Shown: positions 42,932 to 54,862 of the stretch, one piece after another
How positions within the stretch are numbered: position 1 is the first letter of the stretch
How the letters are laid out: every line of letters starts with the position of its first letter
Virus record (IMG/VR): IMGVR_UViG_3300014204_000129
Coordinates: 47,444-111,443 of that record
Strand: one strand, 5' to 3'
Length of the DNA stretch: 64,000 nt
From: a virus
Taxonomy: Duplodnaviria; Caudoviricetes
Notes under the pieces: generated by a model
What the model was told of the DNA's origin: nothing
The model's input: only the letters and a program-made list of their open reading frames with translations
The model's database searches: none
Position numbers and translations under genes: made by a program

Positions 42932-44716
42932 TTACTTAGCCTCTGACCAGTTACTACATATAATTGGTGTAGCTACTAATGATATATGTAGGGGATACGC
43001 AGTATCCATACAAGTCTTTACTATGCTTGCTACCTCTTCCTCTAAGCCATCCTCTACTTCTAGGTATATCTCATCATGAACCTGGATAATCTGGTAAGCA
43101 CCATCTGGTAATAGTTTATCTATCTTTAATTGGGCTAGTTTAACAATGTCAGCCGCTGAGCCCTGAATAAGGGCATTCATGGCCTGCGTCTGTGGGCTTT
43201 CTTTATCGTCACCTCGGAACCTGCGCTGATGCCCTAGTAAGGTTTGTACTACTCCTCTCTGCATAGCCCAGTGCACACACAGGTCTTGTAGGTCTTTTAT
43301 GTCTGAGAAAGTGTCATAATATTTATTTAGCAGATCACGGGCCTCTTGGTAGGACACTCCAATCTCTTTGTGGAGTTTTTCTGGGCCCATACCATAGCAT
43401 ATACCGAAGGTAATAGATTTGGTACGCTTTCGCAAGGTATCACTTATCTTACTCATTGGCATGTTATATAGATGACTTGCCATATATTTATGGGCATCAT
43501 ACCCCTGTTTGAATGCCTGTACAAGTGCCCCATCACTATTTAAGTATTCTATTAGAAAGTGTGCTAAGACACGCAGTTCTAGTGCTGAATAATCAGCAAT
43601 TATTAGTTTATAGCCAGGGGGTGCTATAAATGCTTTACGAATGTTGTAGACTGTGCGATGAGCACTTATGTTTTGGAGGTTAGGAGAATCGCTTGATAGT
43701 CGGCCGGTAACGGTTCCAATCTGATTGAGAGAGCCATAGATACGACCAGCTACTGAGTTTGTAATAAGGGGAAGTAAGTAAGTACTCAGTAACTTCTTTA
43801 GATCTCTATATTCAAGCACTGCTTCAGCAAGAGGATGCTGTAATTCCTCTAGTACTTCTTTGTCTACAGACCTCTTACCCTTACTTGTTTGTTTCACACT
43901 AATCAATTTTAGTACATCAAATAATAGATGTCCTAACTCTACTACAGAATCTATATTAAACTCTGTGCCTGCTAGATGGTATATCTTATCTTTAATCTTT
44001 GGTATAGCAACGTGTTCTACTTCCTCTGCATACTGGGTTAATAGTGGTACGTCGATATATGCACCCCTCATCTCCATCTTTGCTAGTACTCTAATAAGGG
44101 GCTTATCTAGATATTGATATAGAGTTTGAAATCTATCTAAGTTGGGCTTAAAATAACCAAACCATAGTAGGTATGTATTTAGAGCGTCTGCGGCAGCATA
44201 CTTTGCTAGAATACGATTATAGCCAAGGTCACCTAGACAAGGTAATCCTAACTGTCCTTCTTTAGCCCCTACCCTATTCATAGCATAATCTAGTGCACCA
44301 TTGTTGTTGAACTCTATCTCAGGGGCGTCTAATCCAAGCTTCGCTACTGCTAAATCTTTTAGACGATGCTTATCCTTACGTTCATCCAGTAACCAGCTAG
44401 CAATTATAGTATCTTCTATATCACACAATACTTCTACACCTAACTTTGTTAGTGCCTTTATATCAAACTTCATATTATGTGCGATAGCAGTACTTGGCTT
44501 GCTAAATAGTTCTTGAAGGAAAGGTCTTAATTCATTAATTGGTATTGCACCCTCTATATCTATAACTGGAATGTAATATGAATCTGAACTATTTGCAAGG
44601 CTGATTCCTACTACTTTAAATGTTCCATAGTTGAGACCAGTAGTTTCTGTATCAAAGGCAAACTCTGTACCAATTAGATGCCTCGGTAGGTCATCTACTT
44701 CTCTAACTATTTTCAA
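42932..44716 (-). CDS. polA: Family A DNA polymerase (3'-5' exonuclease plus polymerase)
   Basis: DTETTG, HNMKFD, TGRLSS..PNLQN, DYSALELR, K..TFG..YG, QGSAAD, QVHDE. Confidence 0.95.
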   Translation of the reverse strand: MKIVREVDDLPRHLIGTEFAFDTETTGLNYGTFKVVGISLANSSDSYYIPVIDIEGAIPINELRPFLQELFSKPSTAIAHNMKFDIKALTKLGVEVLCDIEDTIIASWLLDERKDKHRLKDLAVAKLGLDAPEIEFNNNGALDYAMNRVGAKEGQLGLPCLGDLGYNRILAKYAAADALNTYLLWFGYFKPNLDRFQTLYQYLDKPLIRVLAKMEMRGAYIDVPLLTQYAEEVEHVAIPKIKDKIYHLAGTEFNIDSVVELGHLLFDVLKLISVKQTSKGKRSVDKEVLEELQHPLAEAVLEYRDLKKLLSTYLLPLITNSVAGRIYGSLNQIGTVTGRLSSDSPNLQNISAHRTVYNIRKAFIAPPGYKLIIADYSALELRVLAHFLIEYLNSDGALVQAFKQGYDAHKYMASHLYNMPMSKISDTLRKRTKSITFGICYGMGPEKLHKEIGVSYQEARDLLNKYYDTFSDIKDLQDLCVHWAMQRGVVQTLLGHQRRFRGDDKESPQTQAMNALIQGSAADIVKLAQLKIDKLLPDGAYQIIQVHDEIYLEVEDGLEEEVASIVKTCMDTAYPLHISLVATPIICSNWSEAK

Positions 44717-44721
44717 TACTG

Positions 44722-45063
44722 CTACCCTCCTGGATAATGGTCATTAAGATGAAGCGTTAAACCATTAGCGGTAATTTGATACTTACCGGGTTCCCATCCA
44801 TTCTGCACGTCATGGGCACTGTACGCATAGCGACAATTCAACAGTGGCTTCCAAGGGCGTCGTACCACCTGTGCTGCAATTTGCAGGGCAGCCTCAGAGG
44901 GCTCTGAATCATAAGCATAATAGGCATCCAGCACTGTGTTCCAGTCTGGGGTTTCTGCATAGCGAACGAGCATAGTATCAGCACACATATACATGCCTGT
45001 AGTTCCAATAGCACCCGCTTCACCCATCAGAACGCAGGCGATCCACCATATTAATGTAAGCAC
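44722..45063 (-). CDS. Hypothetical protein, possibly cell-wall-hydrolase-like; start revised to GTG at 45063
   Basis: AAGGAG SD before the GTG; ACVLMGEAG motif. Confidence 0.4.
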   Translation of the reverse strand: MLTLIWWIACVLMGEAGAIGTTGMYMCADTMLVRYAETPDWNTVLDAYYAYDSEPSEAALQIAAQVVRRPWKPLLNCRYAYSAHDVQNGWEPGKYQITANGLTLHLNDHYPGG

Positions 45064-45067
45064 AAGT

Positions 45068-45850
45068 TTACTCCTTCCAAGTGAATCCGGCAGCATGGAG
45101 ATGCCCACCACCGCCGTGCTTCTTGGCAATAGATTTAACATCCTTTTCTATACTTCTTAAACTATAAACTACTTCTCTCCTCTTATTTTTATACCAAACC
45201 ACTCCAATATCTGCCTTACTTGCTAGGGCACCGCCTAACTCAGATTGTAGTATAGGAGAGTTTACCATAAGGCACGCATACCCATCAAGTATTGCGGGTT
45301 CGGCATTGCTAAGAATCCTCTCCACCAGTGCGTTCTTATAACGCTTAATAATAGCCCCTTCTTCGGCAAACCTGGTTATAGGTTCTTTAAGCATCGGTGC
45401 CCAGACTATAAACTCTCTGGGGTAGCTCTCTATTGAGACATTTACCTCTTCAGTGTCTACTAACTCATTATACCATAGATCTCTATCTTGTACATAGTAG
45501 TATAACCAAGGTATGTCTCTATGAGGATGAAAGTATTTCCAAGCTAGGACTGCTGCTGAGCACTCCACATCTACTTTTACATAATCACGCTCGCCAAGAG
45601 TATCAATAGTGCTAGCATGGTGATCTATAATTATTACTTTATCACACTCTAACTCTATCTCATCTACTATAGTTACAGGTAATGATAAATCTAGTATATA
45701 AACTGTACACCCTTCAAGAGGTGGTATTATAGAATAATTATCATAATCTAGTGGCAAGTATATTGCATCCTCTCCAAACTTCTTCCAGGCTGCCATACCT
45801 GCAAAGAAGCCATCTATATCATTGTGATATATTACTGTTGTCATATTCAC
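45068..45850 (-). CDS. DHH/DHHA1 phosphoesterase
   Basis: YHNDIDG, IIDHH, DRDLW, YSLRS, GGGGHLHAAGF. Confidence 0.92.
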   Translation of the reverse strand: MNMTTVIYHNDIDGFFAGMAAWKKFGEDAIYLPLDYDNYSIIPPLEGCTVYILDLSLPVTIVDEIELECDKVIIIDHHASTIDTLGERDYVKVDVECSAAVLAWKYFHPHRDIPWLYYYVQDRDLWYNELVDTEEVNVSIESYPREFIVWAPMLKEPITRFAEEGAIIKRYKNALVERILSNAEPAILDGYACLMVNSPILQSELGGALASKADIGVVWYKNKRREVVYSLRSIEKDVKSIAKKHGGGGHLHAAGFTWKE

Positions 45851-45860
45851 TCCTACAGTA

Positions 45861-45890
45861 ATTATACCATATATATCATATATATGTCAA
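45861..45890 (-). promoter_or_regulatory. Sigma70-type promoter with an internal near-palindrome
   Basis: TTGACA-18 nt-TATAAT with TG; spacer CATATATAT-C-ATATATATG. Confidence 0.7.
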
Positions 45891-46078
45891 GATACCTTCA
45901 CTAGCTTTCTATCTTCTGCCCAAGCTAGGTGGGTACCTATAAGCCAAATAACCGCTCGCCCTACCGCCTGGAAACTTATTCTTGCTTTTGTGGCAATCTC
46001 TCCCAGGGTGAGGGGTTCGGTTATATCAAGCTCCTTTATTCTCTCTATAGCCAACAACTCTTCTTCTCTAGTTATCAT
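45887..46078 (-). CDS. Small winged-HTH-like protein
   Basis: LTLGEIATKARISFQAVGRAV. Confidence 0.55.
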   Translation of the reverse strand: MITREEELLAIERIKELDITEPLTLGEIATKARISFQAVGRAVIWLIGTHLAWAEDRKLVKVS

Positions 46079-46467
46079 CTTATTAACTCCGTGGGCACCC
46101 CTGCCTTAGTAGCCCTGGTAAGCATATCCCGTGTGCCCACACTTCTGTTTATATTACTATGAAATGCTATAACAAGGTCTGCTCCAGTATCCAACATACG
46201 TTGGTTACGCAGCACACCCGCAGCCTTTCCCTCTTCCTTCCAATATGCGGGGTATACCTCAAGTTTTAAGCCCAGCAGTTTTGCTGAGGCTTCTCCTAGT
46301 TTATCTGCACCACGACAGTGGCCAGAGATTATAGTAGTATCACTGGGGAGACGAGTGAGCCTCCCCAGTATCTTACCACTATCTTCCCAGTTCCTGTCAC
46401 CACAGACTATAACCCTAGCCACTGAACTTTTCTTGGAGGTCACCAAATACTGCTGGTGCAATGCCAT
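46075..46467 (-). CDS. SLOG family (DUF2493/YspA-like) protein
   Basis: VCGDR, ISGHCRGAD, AAG..RNQRML, GTRDM. Confidence 0.85.
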   Translation of the reverse strand: MALHQQYLVTSKKSSVARVIVCGDRNWEDSGKILGRLTRLPSDTTIISGHCRGADKLGEASAKLLGLKLEVYPAYWKEEGKAAGVLRNQRMLDTGADLVIAFHSNINRSVGTRDMLTRATKAGVPTELIR

Positions 46468-47017
46468 ATAGTTGTCTAAGAACCTCTTTCATAACCTCTC
46501 GAATCTCCCACTGTGCTTCTTTATTACAACGGAGGTTTATAATATGCCGCCACTCACGGAAGTTTGCAGTCATAATAAACTCAGTAGTTGTACCCTGGCC
46601 CAGCACCATTCTTGCATCCTCTTTTGGTACACCCAGATCACGTAGTTGACTATACACATGCTGCTGATTACGCATATGCATGTCATATATCAGACGTGCT
46701 TCTTCTAAATGTGCTGTACCACTCATACTAGGAATACCTATAAAGGAGAATTTATCTGCTGCTATGTATCTTTGACTAGCCACACTAAAGCTTGCCAGAC
46801 GGTGCCTAGTAATCTGTGTTAAAAGAGCCCGACTAACCCCACTAATATAAAAGGTAGCGCTAGCATGCTCTAGAGGAGTCTCATGCTCACGACCAATACA
46901 GCGCTTAATAAAGGAATCTCTTGTAACCTCATTACTATCTGTACCCCAACATATTCTATATGCACGCTCAATAAGCTCTTCAGGGCAGGGTGTATATACT
47001 AGAAGTTCAACATTCAT
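46415..47017 (-). CDS. thyX: FAD-dependent thymidylate synthase
   Basis: HETPLEH, RHR..SFS..SQRY, EDAR..L, AQWEIR. Confidence 0.95.
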   Translation of the reverse strand: MNVELLVYTPCPEELIERAYRICWGTDSNEVTRDSFIKRCIGREHETPLEHASATFYISGVSRALLTQITRHRLASFSVASQRYIAADKFSFIGIPSMSGTAHLEEARLIYDMHMRNQQHVYSQLRDLGVPKEDARMVLGQGTTTEFIMTANFREWRHIINLRCNKEAQWEIREVMKEVLRQLYGIAPAVFGDLQEKFSG

Positions 47018-47730
47018 GTACTATTACCTCCACAGGTATCTTCAACTTTAGTGCAAAGAAAGCTAGTTGTCTAAAGACATCACTCTCTCCTAAAATGAAT
47101 ACCTTATCTGGTCTACTTTCTATTACCTGTATATCACGGTCTAGGCCCATCATCAGATCTTTGTGAGTAGTAGCACCACTGTGGTAGAAGTCCGCAGGGG
47201 TACAGTCTATCTTGTACCCCTCAGCTACAGCGCGTACCCCAGCGGCTAAGCCAGCCCTTGTATCTAAGTCACAGATTATTGTATCATCTTCTTTACTTAG
47301 TTGGGCTAGAATTTCTTCTAGCCCAGTATTAGTGTTTGCTAGTATAAATACTCTCATCTGCTACCCAATCTGTTACATCATAGCTAGGAACTACCTCTCC
47401 CGGCATAAAACTAACACTACGAATATTATCAATATTCATCATATCTCTTGAAACATCTCTAAGATTACTTCTCCGTAGAAGAGAACTGATCTCATCTTCC
47501 ATCCTATATATAAGCCTATCCCGTCTGTTCTCCTGTTGTTTTTTATCATGGAAACCCTGTGCGCGCCATCGTGCTCGTAGCATAGCGAGAAGTTTAGCAT
47601 AGTTACTTTCTATAGCAAGAATAGCATATACTATAGAATGTAATCTATATACCTCTGCATCCACTTCTTCTAGACTCTCACTTACATATGTTACTACGGG
47701 CCTCTTACCTACTATCATTACAACATACAC
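47007..47730 (-). CDS. Two hypothetical proteins (47007-47357, 47329-47730)
   Basis: Coupled ORFs directly downstream of Ro60. Confidence 0.6.
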
Positions 47731-49434
47731 TTAGATTTCCCCTCTACTAAACATAGAGATAACCTCAGGAGTATCTGTTGAGAACCCGGTAACATCCATC
47801 ATACCGGCGTCACTAGGATCAGCAATAGATATTTCTGTAGCCGTCATACCAACAACAACCAACCTTGCAGGGATACCCAGGGCATCTCGATATTGCTTTA
47901 GAGCCTGGAAAGGATGAATATAACCTGCCCAAGTTTCGCTGTCTGTATAGATAACAAATGTTTCTACAGGCAGTTTGTTTTTCATTGCATAGATCATTGG
48001 CAAGGCGCAGTCTGTGCCACCAAACGGTAGATTACTAACATATCTTACTACATCATCTAGACGCTGCTTCGGACTAATCTTTAGTGGCATAATACCTGCA
48101 TTATAGTTAGTACCGTTTGTAAATCCAGTAATCATATACTGGTTCTCTACATTAGCAGTAACTAGTGCCATTGCAGCACTACCAACTCGTGGTGAGATAC
48201 CAGGCATTCCTGCTAGTTCAGGCCCACCCATACTACCACTAACATCTAGTGCTAACATTGTGTTTTTACCAGTAGGTGTGATGGTGCCAAAACTACTATA
48301 GAATGCCCCATCTAGTGCATCAACTACCTGCTGGACAGGGCTCCATGTCAAGTGGCCGCGAATACCCATACCACCGGCATATGTGTTAAGTGCAACTAGA
48401 ATGGATAGTGGGTGCAACCTTGCTTGCTTAATATGATCTATATTATCTAGCTCACTTACAATCTTCTTACTAGCAGCAGATAGTGGAGTAAGAAGCCCGA
48501 CCTCAGTCATCTTGCCAAGATTACGGATCATAGCTGTCAGTGGCATCTTCTCAAGAAGAGCTTCCCACACCAGGGTATCGTTTAGCCACTGTGTAGGTAT
48601 GACCTCACGAGGAAGGTTAAAGTTAATAATCGTATCTATAACATCCGCAGAGTTTGTCATTGACTTAAGTTGCTCTACAGCTTCAAGAGTATAAAGCTCA
48701 GACCTAACACCAGGCTCTGCCCTAGTGATAGTAGAGATTATCTTTCCATTAACATTACGAACATTGCCGACTGTTCCTATAAAGCCAGTAGATGCCTCAT
48801 GCCAATCTTCTTGCCAACCATCAACAACCCACTTAAAGATAACATTACGAGTAGGGTCCTCTGTGCGCGGGTGTGATAAACGAAGAAGGTCAGCATGTGA
48901 CCAGCCATCACGAGACTGATATTTAATTACCTGGTAAACTAGATCCTTAGTTGATTTCTCTAGGTACCAATCTGCCACAGAATTACGTAGGAGTCTACCC
49001 CAGCCCCGCATATTATTTACATAGGCAGCAAAGTGGAATAGATGTGTACCAATACGAGCAACCTTTGGCAGAGCATCCTGTGCAAGATGCTTGGTTTGTA
49101 CATCACCGAATGTGAAGCAGAGTGCTAATGCAAATAATGCTGGATCATTCTTAGGAGCAAGGCCACGATTACTAACATCCACAATAGTAGAGACTACTCG
49201 TGCACCATCCTCTTCAATGCATGCTATCACGTTGCTAGCATTATCGACCGTTAGTTTACGCTCCCCTACATAGTAAGTACCCCCCTCACCACCAAGAATG
49301 AGAAAGCGGTGTAGCCGCTGCCACTTGTCAATAGCGAATGCGAAGCCACCAGCATTATTTGGCACTGTATTCTTGCCTGGCACAGCTTCATTCTGAGGGG
49401 TGGTCTTGGTAGAATAGGAATTAAGATAAGTCAT
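47731..49434 (-). CDS. Ro60/TROVE-domain RNA-binding protein with vWA domain
   Basis: NNAGGF, LHRFLILG.EGGTYY, THLFHF, RGWGR, KYQSRDGWSHADLLRLSHP, MPLTAMIRNL, DVSGSM, GGTDCALP, TDSETW. Confidence 0.95.
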   Translation of the reverse strand: MTYLNSYSTKTTPQNEAVPGKNTVPNNAGGFAFAIDKWQRLHRFLILGGEGGTYYVGERKLTVDNASNVIACIEEDGARVVSTIVDVSNRGLAPKNDPALFALALCFTFGDVQTKHLAQDALPKVARIGTHLFHFAAYVNNMRGWGRLLRNSVADWYLEKSTKDLVYQVIKYQSRDGWSHADLLRLSHPRTEDPTRNVIFKWVVDGWQEDWHEASTGFIGTVGNVRNVNGKIISTITRAEPGVRSELYTLEAVEQLKSMTNSADVIDTIINFNLPREVIPTQWLNDTLVWEALLEKMPLTAMIRNLGKMTEVGLLTPLSAASKKIVSELDNIDHIKQARLHPLSILVALNTYAGGMGIRGHLTWSPVQQVVDALDGAFYSSFGTITPTGKNTMLALDVSGSMGGPELAGMPGISPRVGSAAMALVTANVENQYMITGFTNGTNYNAGIMPLKISPKQRLDDVVRYVSNLPFGGTDCALPMIYAMKNKLPVETFVIYTDSETWAGYIHPFQALKQYRDALGIPARLVVVGMTATEISIADPSDAGMMDVTGFSTDTPEVISMFSRGEI

Positions 49435-49461
49435 TTCGTTCCTCCAAAGTCAGATTATAGT

Positions 49462-49490
49462 ATTATAGCAGATACGGGCGTACCTGTCAA
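49462..49490 (-). promoter_or_regulatory. Consensus sigma70 promoter of Ro60
   Basis: TTGACA-GGTACGCCCGTATCTGC-TATAAT (17-nt spacer). Confidence 0.85.
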
Positions 49491-50095
49491 TTATAGAACT
49501 CGTACAGCATACTAACTATTCCCTTCCCAGTAAAATAGTCCTGTACTGGCGTATATGATAGCCCTGGAGCAAGGTTCAGGTCTATTGCATAAAATGTTCC
49601 AGATAAATCTATAACGAAGTCTATTGCATAGAGTGGCAGAGGGAGGCGCCTGGGAATAGTTGGGGTAGCCTCTGTGTGCCACACAACCGCACAATCTCCA
49701 CAATTAGATCTCCAATCATTATGCGAAATATACTTTAACCAGAAGGTCTTATTACCTATATATAGTAGACGATAGCTAACTCCACGGTAACCTAATATAT
49801 ATTCACTAGCGAAAGAGTATTGTAAGGCAGGGGGAATGTGGGCCATCTGTACCTTAAGTTTACCCTCTCCTATATGACAATATTCATTAGTATAAATCAC
49901 TAACTCCTTAGCTTCCCAAGAGGTTAGGTTTATGCTACCATACCTTGGCACTCGCAGGCCAAGTTCCTCTAAGATTCTAAAAGCAGTACGACGATCATAA
50001 GATTTATCATCTGCCATTCTATAGAATGGAATACCATTAGTGTCAAACCAGTGATCATAATAATCAGTAAAGTCCGAAATAAGTTTTAGTTTCAT
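49487..50095 (-). CDS. ATP-grasp-like protein
   Basis: H.GEGK, YAIDF, IDLNLAPG C-terminal pattern. Confidence 0.55.
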   Translation of the reverse strand: MKLKLISDFTDYYDHWFDTNGIPFYRMADDKSYDRRTAFRILEELGLRVPRYGSINLTSWEAKELVIYTNEYCHIGEGKLKVQMAHIPPALQYSFASEYILGYRGVSYRLLYIGNKTFWLKYISHNDWRSNCGDCAVVWHTEATPTIPRRLPLPLYAIDFVIDLSGTFYAIDLNLAPGLSYTPVQDYFTGKGIVSMLYEFYN

Positions 50096-53000
50096 AATTA
50101 TCCTTAGTCATAAGAAGTGTAGACTCTAAGTGGTCAGGAGAGACTGCTATAATATACTTACCATATATATCATCTATCATGAAGATAGCCCAGTTATTAA
50201 CGAATAGTCTTTTTACCAGTATAGACCACATATCTATTACTAGGTCTTGCAGTAGCAGTTCTCTCTTTAGATTAAGGAGAGTGTTGTTAAGTATATCTAG
50301 AGTTAGGCGCGGCTTCTCAGGTTCTACTGGAGGTTGGCCATAGAGGGCCTCTTTCATCAGCTTGTTAATACTATTTTTAATCGTACTATTAACATCCATG
50401 GTTAACTGCTAGTGTTAGTAGTATTGCAAAGGAGAGTTCAGCTATAATATGACCTATACCAAATTTCTGTTTAGGAACCTCTCCCCATTTAGCAAGTATA
50501 TAACCAATGTCTATCATAATTATTGCATAGAAGATAATTTGAAACACACTCATATACTAAACTCCTGCTAATATCTCATTCATCATATCACGAGAATTTA
50601 ATGCTTCCCCACACTCACATTCTAGCCAATACTCAGATTGATCCTTAGTTGGCACCCACTTATGCACATGACCAATAGTATCACCATAAAACAAGGAGTC
50701 CACAAGTAATCTATGTACTATACGCCTAAAATAACTATCATTAGTTGCTACATCGTTTGCAATCTTGATCTTATTTATAATATACTCTGCTTGCTCTAAG
50801 CGGGTTAATAGCATTTTACCAGTATCAGGATCAAGAGCTTTATAAATAGCTGCCTGACTCGGCAGACTCTCTAGTACTGCCCTCATAGTTGCAACCTTAG
50901 CAGTTACTAAGATTAATTCTCTCTGAGATATTTCTAGTTTATCTTCAAGTTCCTCAGCACGTTCTCTCCAGTCGTCCTTACTAGAGAATATTATTTGCTG
51001 CTGCTCAGGCCAACTCTTCCAAGCTAACTCTAAATCTTGTTCTGCCTTTTCTGCTCTCTTATTTGCAAAGGCTATTTGTGCGGTAAGCTTAGCCCGACAC
51101 TCCTCACATTGATTACTCATCTAACTTCTCCAGTCATGCTGGGCATCCATCTTGGCACTCATTAAATGTTCGTTCCACTTCCTGTAATCGTGCGATCTCT
51201 GCCAATAGTCTCTTACCACTATCGGGGGCGAGCCCTCTGCTCACAGGGCAGTTAGGACCATGTTTCCAGATTCCAGTTTCTAGCCCCTTCTCTGGTGCTA
51301 GACAGCCTGCACAGGAATGTGAACCTGTGGGGCAGCATGTTTCATCGCAATCATCTACCCAACGTAATTCTTCTAGTGCCTCCCGCATGACCGCAGCATC
51401 GGCCCCCGCCTGCCTCAGCGCCTCGGCCAGTGTGGCGCGGTCGGCCTCGGCTTCCTTGGTCCGCTCCGTCTGTTCTGCGATCTCGTAGGCCATCCAGGTT
51501 GCACCGTTGGCCTGGCTGGCGAGCATGCCCTCAGCCGTCAATGCCCTCTCATTCGCGGCGGCTAGTTGCGCCTCCAGGTCGTGAATACGTTGCTCTAGCA
51601 GACCCATATCAGGTGTACCATATAATGCCACATGCCACGTCTCAGGTGAGTTTCCACAAGGGTGAGCACGGGCATCATAACCATAATTACGCAGTGTTAC
51701 AGCTAGTATATGTGCTTCATTCTCGCTCACTTCCCCTCCTGGTCGATCTCGACCACCTTTGGTCCGTACCCGGCGTACAATGACTCGCCGTGATCTATGT
51801 CCCTACGCTTGCTATATCTTAGATACCACTCTTCATCGTTGGGCCGGTGGTGCATCAATGACACGTTCAGGTTAGGCACTGGTAGCACTTCTTCTTCTTC
51901 CTCTTCCGTATCGTCATAGGCCAACGAAGCGAGCAGAGCAGACCAAGGTAGAAGAAACGTCACTTCCCCTCCTTCCCGTACCCGGCGGCGGGTAGGGCGG
52001 CGACCAGGCCAGCGGTGTTTGGGTATTCATCAAAGGCCGGCCAGAACGCATGATCCAGGAACGCCATGAAGGGCCGGATTTCGTCCAGTGCCGTCCGCAG
52101 CCGCATGTTCTCCTCATGCAACTCGGCCAGATCAATAAGAGCATCAGGCAGATAACGCCATGCTTCAAGTCGGGCATTGGTAAGGCGGTTGTTAGCCCTC
52201 AGTGCTTCATCCATATCACCATTTTCACCGAGAGATAGACGTGCCTGCCACGCCGCTTCCATCTTCTCACACTGTGCCTGCGCCTTAGCTATCTGCTGCT
52301 CATTCAACCGCATTGTTAGCCTCCCTTCTAACCTTACGCAGTCGCTTAGCTGTCTTATCCGCACGCTTGCTGTGGTGTGCCCACTTAAGTAGACGCTCAC
52401 GAGCGGCACTCTCTGGTTCCTCTGCCACGATTACCATATTGCGGTTATCCAACACGGCCTGTGCATCAGTGCGCAGACCATCGGGGAGGGGGCTGAATCC
52501 GGGCGGTAGTATGGCACCATTCTCATCGTACTGGATTAGCTCAGTCGTCTGCTTGTGCATCTCTCACTCTTCCTTTGTATCAATATTCTCGTTAGTCCTT
52601 CTGACGGCAATGGCACTTGTCGCCGTTTGAACATACTGCACCACAAGATAGTACCACCTTCACAATCCACAGGATCACAGAGCTGCATACAATAGTTACA
52701 AATATGAATATCCATTATTATTTCTCAGTATAACCAAGAGCAGCTAATCCTTTATCAAGATCCTCTGCCGGAGTGTCTTTATATGGACCGAAGATAGGCC
52801 AGCACCAATAGTTGCGTGACCACTCCCTGAATTCATAAGCCTCTTCTACTACTTTCCACACCTTTCTATTTTCTTCACGTAGACCTGCTATTTCTTCTAG
52901 GGCATCCCGTAGGTCTGCACAATTTGGGCAGCGAACACTGCTGACTGACATGGTGCCTGCTATGGAGTAATAACCCTTCCCACCACATTGTGTGCAACTT

Positions 53001-54862
53001 TCACAACGCTTCTTAATCTTAGTTAACTGTTCACCACTTAACATTGCTTTATCTCATAGATGTTATTATATGCCACTGCTTTAAGTGCAGCACGAGCAAC
53101 CGCAATAGGTAGGGCTGTAGAAGATGGACCTGTAACAACTGTTGCACCCCTCTCTGCCTCTTCACCAAGAACTATAACTGTCCTACCTACTCCAACTCCC
53201 ATGGTGAAACTAAGAGGTCCATCCACATCCTGCATCTTATTTATCTTCTCAATAACATATTCCATCATAATCCAGTTATAGCTATAAATTGGAACTACTT
53301 CCCAGGAGAGAGACTTATATACCTTTTGATAATATTCTGTAGGCCAGGGGAATCCCCCAGCTATCCCAAGCGCATTTTGAGGTAGCTCAGACCCTAAGGC
53401 AATTTGTCGCCCAAATACCCGCACTGCTACAGCAGCATCTAGCTCTCTACCTACAAGTTTATCAATCTCTTCTACTTTAGTTTGGTAGCACTCAGACTTT
53501 TGACCAGCGTCTAGATCTCTCAATATAATAGGAACTATGTTAAGTATATATGCAATAGCCTCAGCATCACCCTTGCTGTATGTGTGTGCCACAAAGTCTG
53601 CTCGCCCAGTACACCCATTGCTGCGAACATCCCAGCCTTGACCATATAACCGTTTACTGTCAACCTCATTACAGACAGCATAATTACCAAGATCGCTGCC
53701 ACTAAGATTACTATAATACTTTTTTAGCTCACTAAGCTGTGCCTTTGTTAGCATCCTCTCTACCCCCTATTACAGATACTTAATTAGAGTCATATATAGA
53801 GTAACATCCTCTATTTCTATAGGAGAGTTATAACCATTAATGTATATTAACAGATAGTCCTTACCACGCTCTACAGCTATTATATCTTCTGTGTTTATAG
53901 AGAGAGTCCCTCGTGAAGTTACCCAGAATAACCCTTCTATAAGGCGCCCTCTGCCCGATACTGGAAGATGTAGTATCATATATACTCCTCACGAGACATA
54001 TCTGATAGATTAGTAGGGAGACTCTTATATTCTAGTATATCCTCGCCCATATCAGTAAGTTTTCTAACCTCAATCTTATCTACACTATAAGAATATCTAT
54101 AAAGTTAATAATACTTATACTATGATTCTCATAAATAAGTACATTATTAATATATATCCCACACCACTCTTCACCATCAACATATGTTAGAGTCATTAGC
54201 AGAACTCCACACATCCATTCTTTCTACCAAGATTAAACACCATAATGAAAATCTCATATATATCTACAAACCAATCTTCATCCATAATGTCTATACGTGG
54301 ATTATACTTCATAAAGTCTTCATACAGTTTTGCACAAACCTTTGTTCCCATCATTCCATCACAGTCTGAGAAGTTTATTAGCTCTACAAAGGGCTTGCCT
54401 GCAAAAGCATCAGGGTCTCCCCACACAGTCTCAGCAGGAACCCCCAATATAGCATGGGATAGAGTATCTCTCCACGTGTTATAGCCAGAGTAGCTTGAAA
54501 TCCTACTGTCCTCTGTATCTCCATATAAGTACAATCCCTTAGCCTGGAGACCTTCTGTAGCTTCAGGGAACTCTTCAATGTAGTAAGGATGCATATAGAT
54601 AAGTTCAGAATCACATATTACTTCCCAACCCTCTTCACTAATACTCCCTACTAGTTCTATATTAGAATAACCTCTTACATCAAGACCCATTTATGCTCTC
54701 CTTACACTTATTTGAACAGTAAACTGTTACACTACCTTTATTGAGTATAATAACCACATTATATTTATTACCAGCAGTTATAAGCTTCCCACACACTGCA
54801 CATCGACTACCTACTAAATGTTCCTCTATATCTTGGAAAGGGACCACTCTATCGCTTCGCAT
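50064..54862 (-). CDS. Block of accessory hypothetical ORFs (50064-50399, 50557-51120, 51134-51730, 51727-51963, 51960-52313, 52300-52560, 52718-53044, 53770-53979, 54196-54690, 54680-54862)
   Basis: Coupled ORFs with SD motifs; coiled coils and zinc fingers. Confidence 0.6.
53038..53754 (-). CDS. Protein with a C-terminal phage ABA-sandwich-like domain
   Basis: GRELDAAVA..VFG..P.YS..A.ARAALKA pattern. Confidence 0.55.
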   Translation of the reverse strand: MLTKAQLSELKKYYSNLSGSDLGNYAVCNEVDSKRLYGQGWDVRSNGCTGRADFVAHTYSKGDAEAIAYILNIVPIILRDLDAGQKSECYQTKVEEIDKLVGRELDAAVAVRVFGRQIALGSELPQNALGIAGGFPWPTEYYQKVYKSLSWEVVPIYSYNWIMMEYVIEKINKMQDVDGPLSFTMGVGVGRTVIVLGEEAERGATVVTGPSSTALPIAVARAALKAVAYNNIYEIKQC

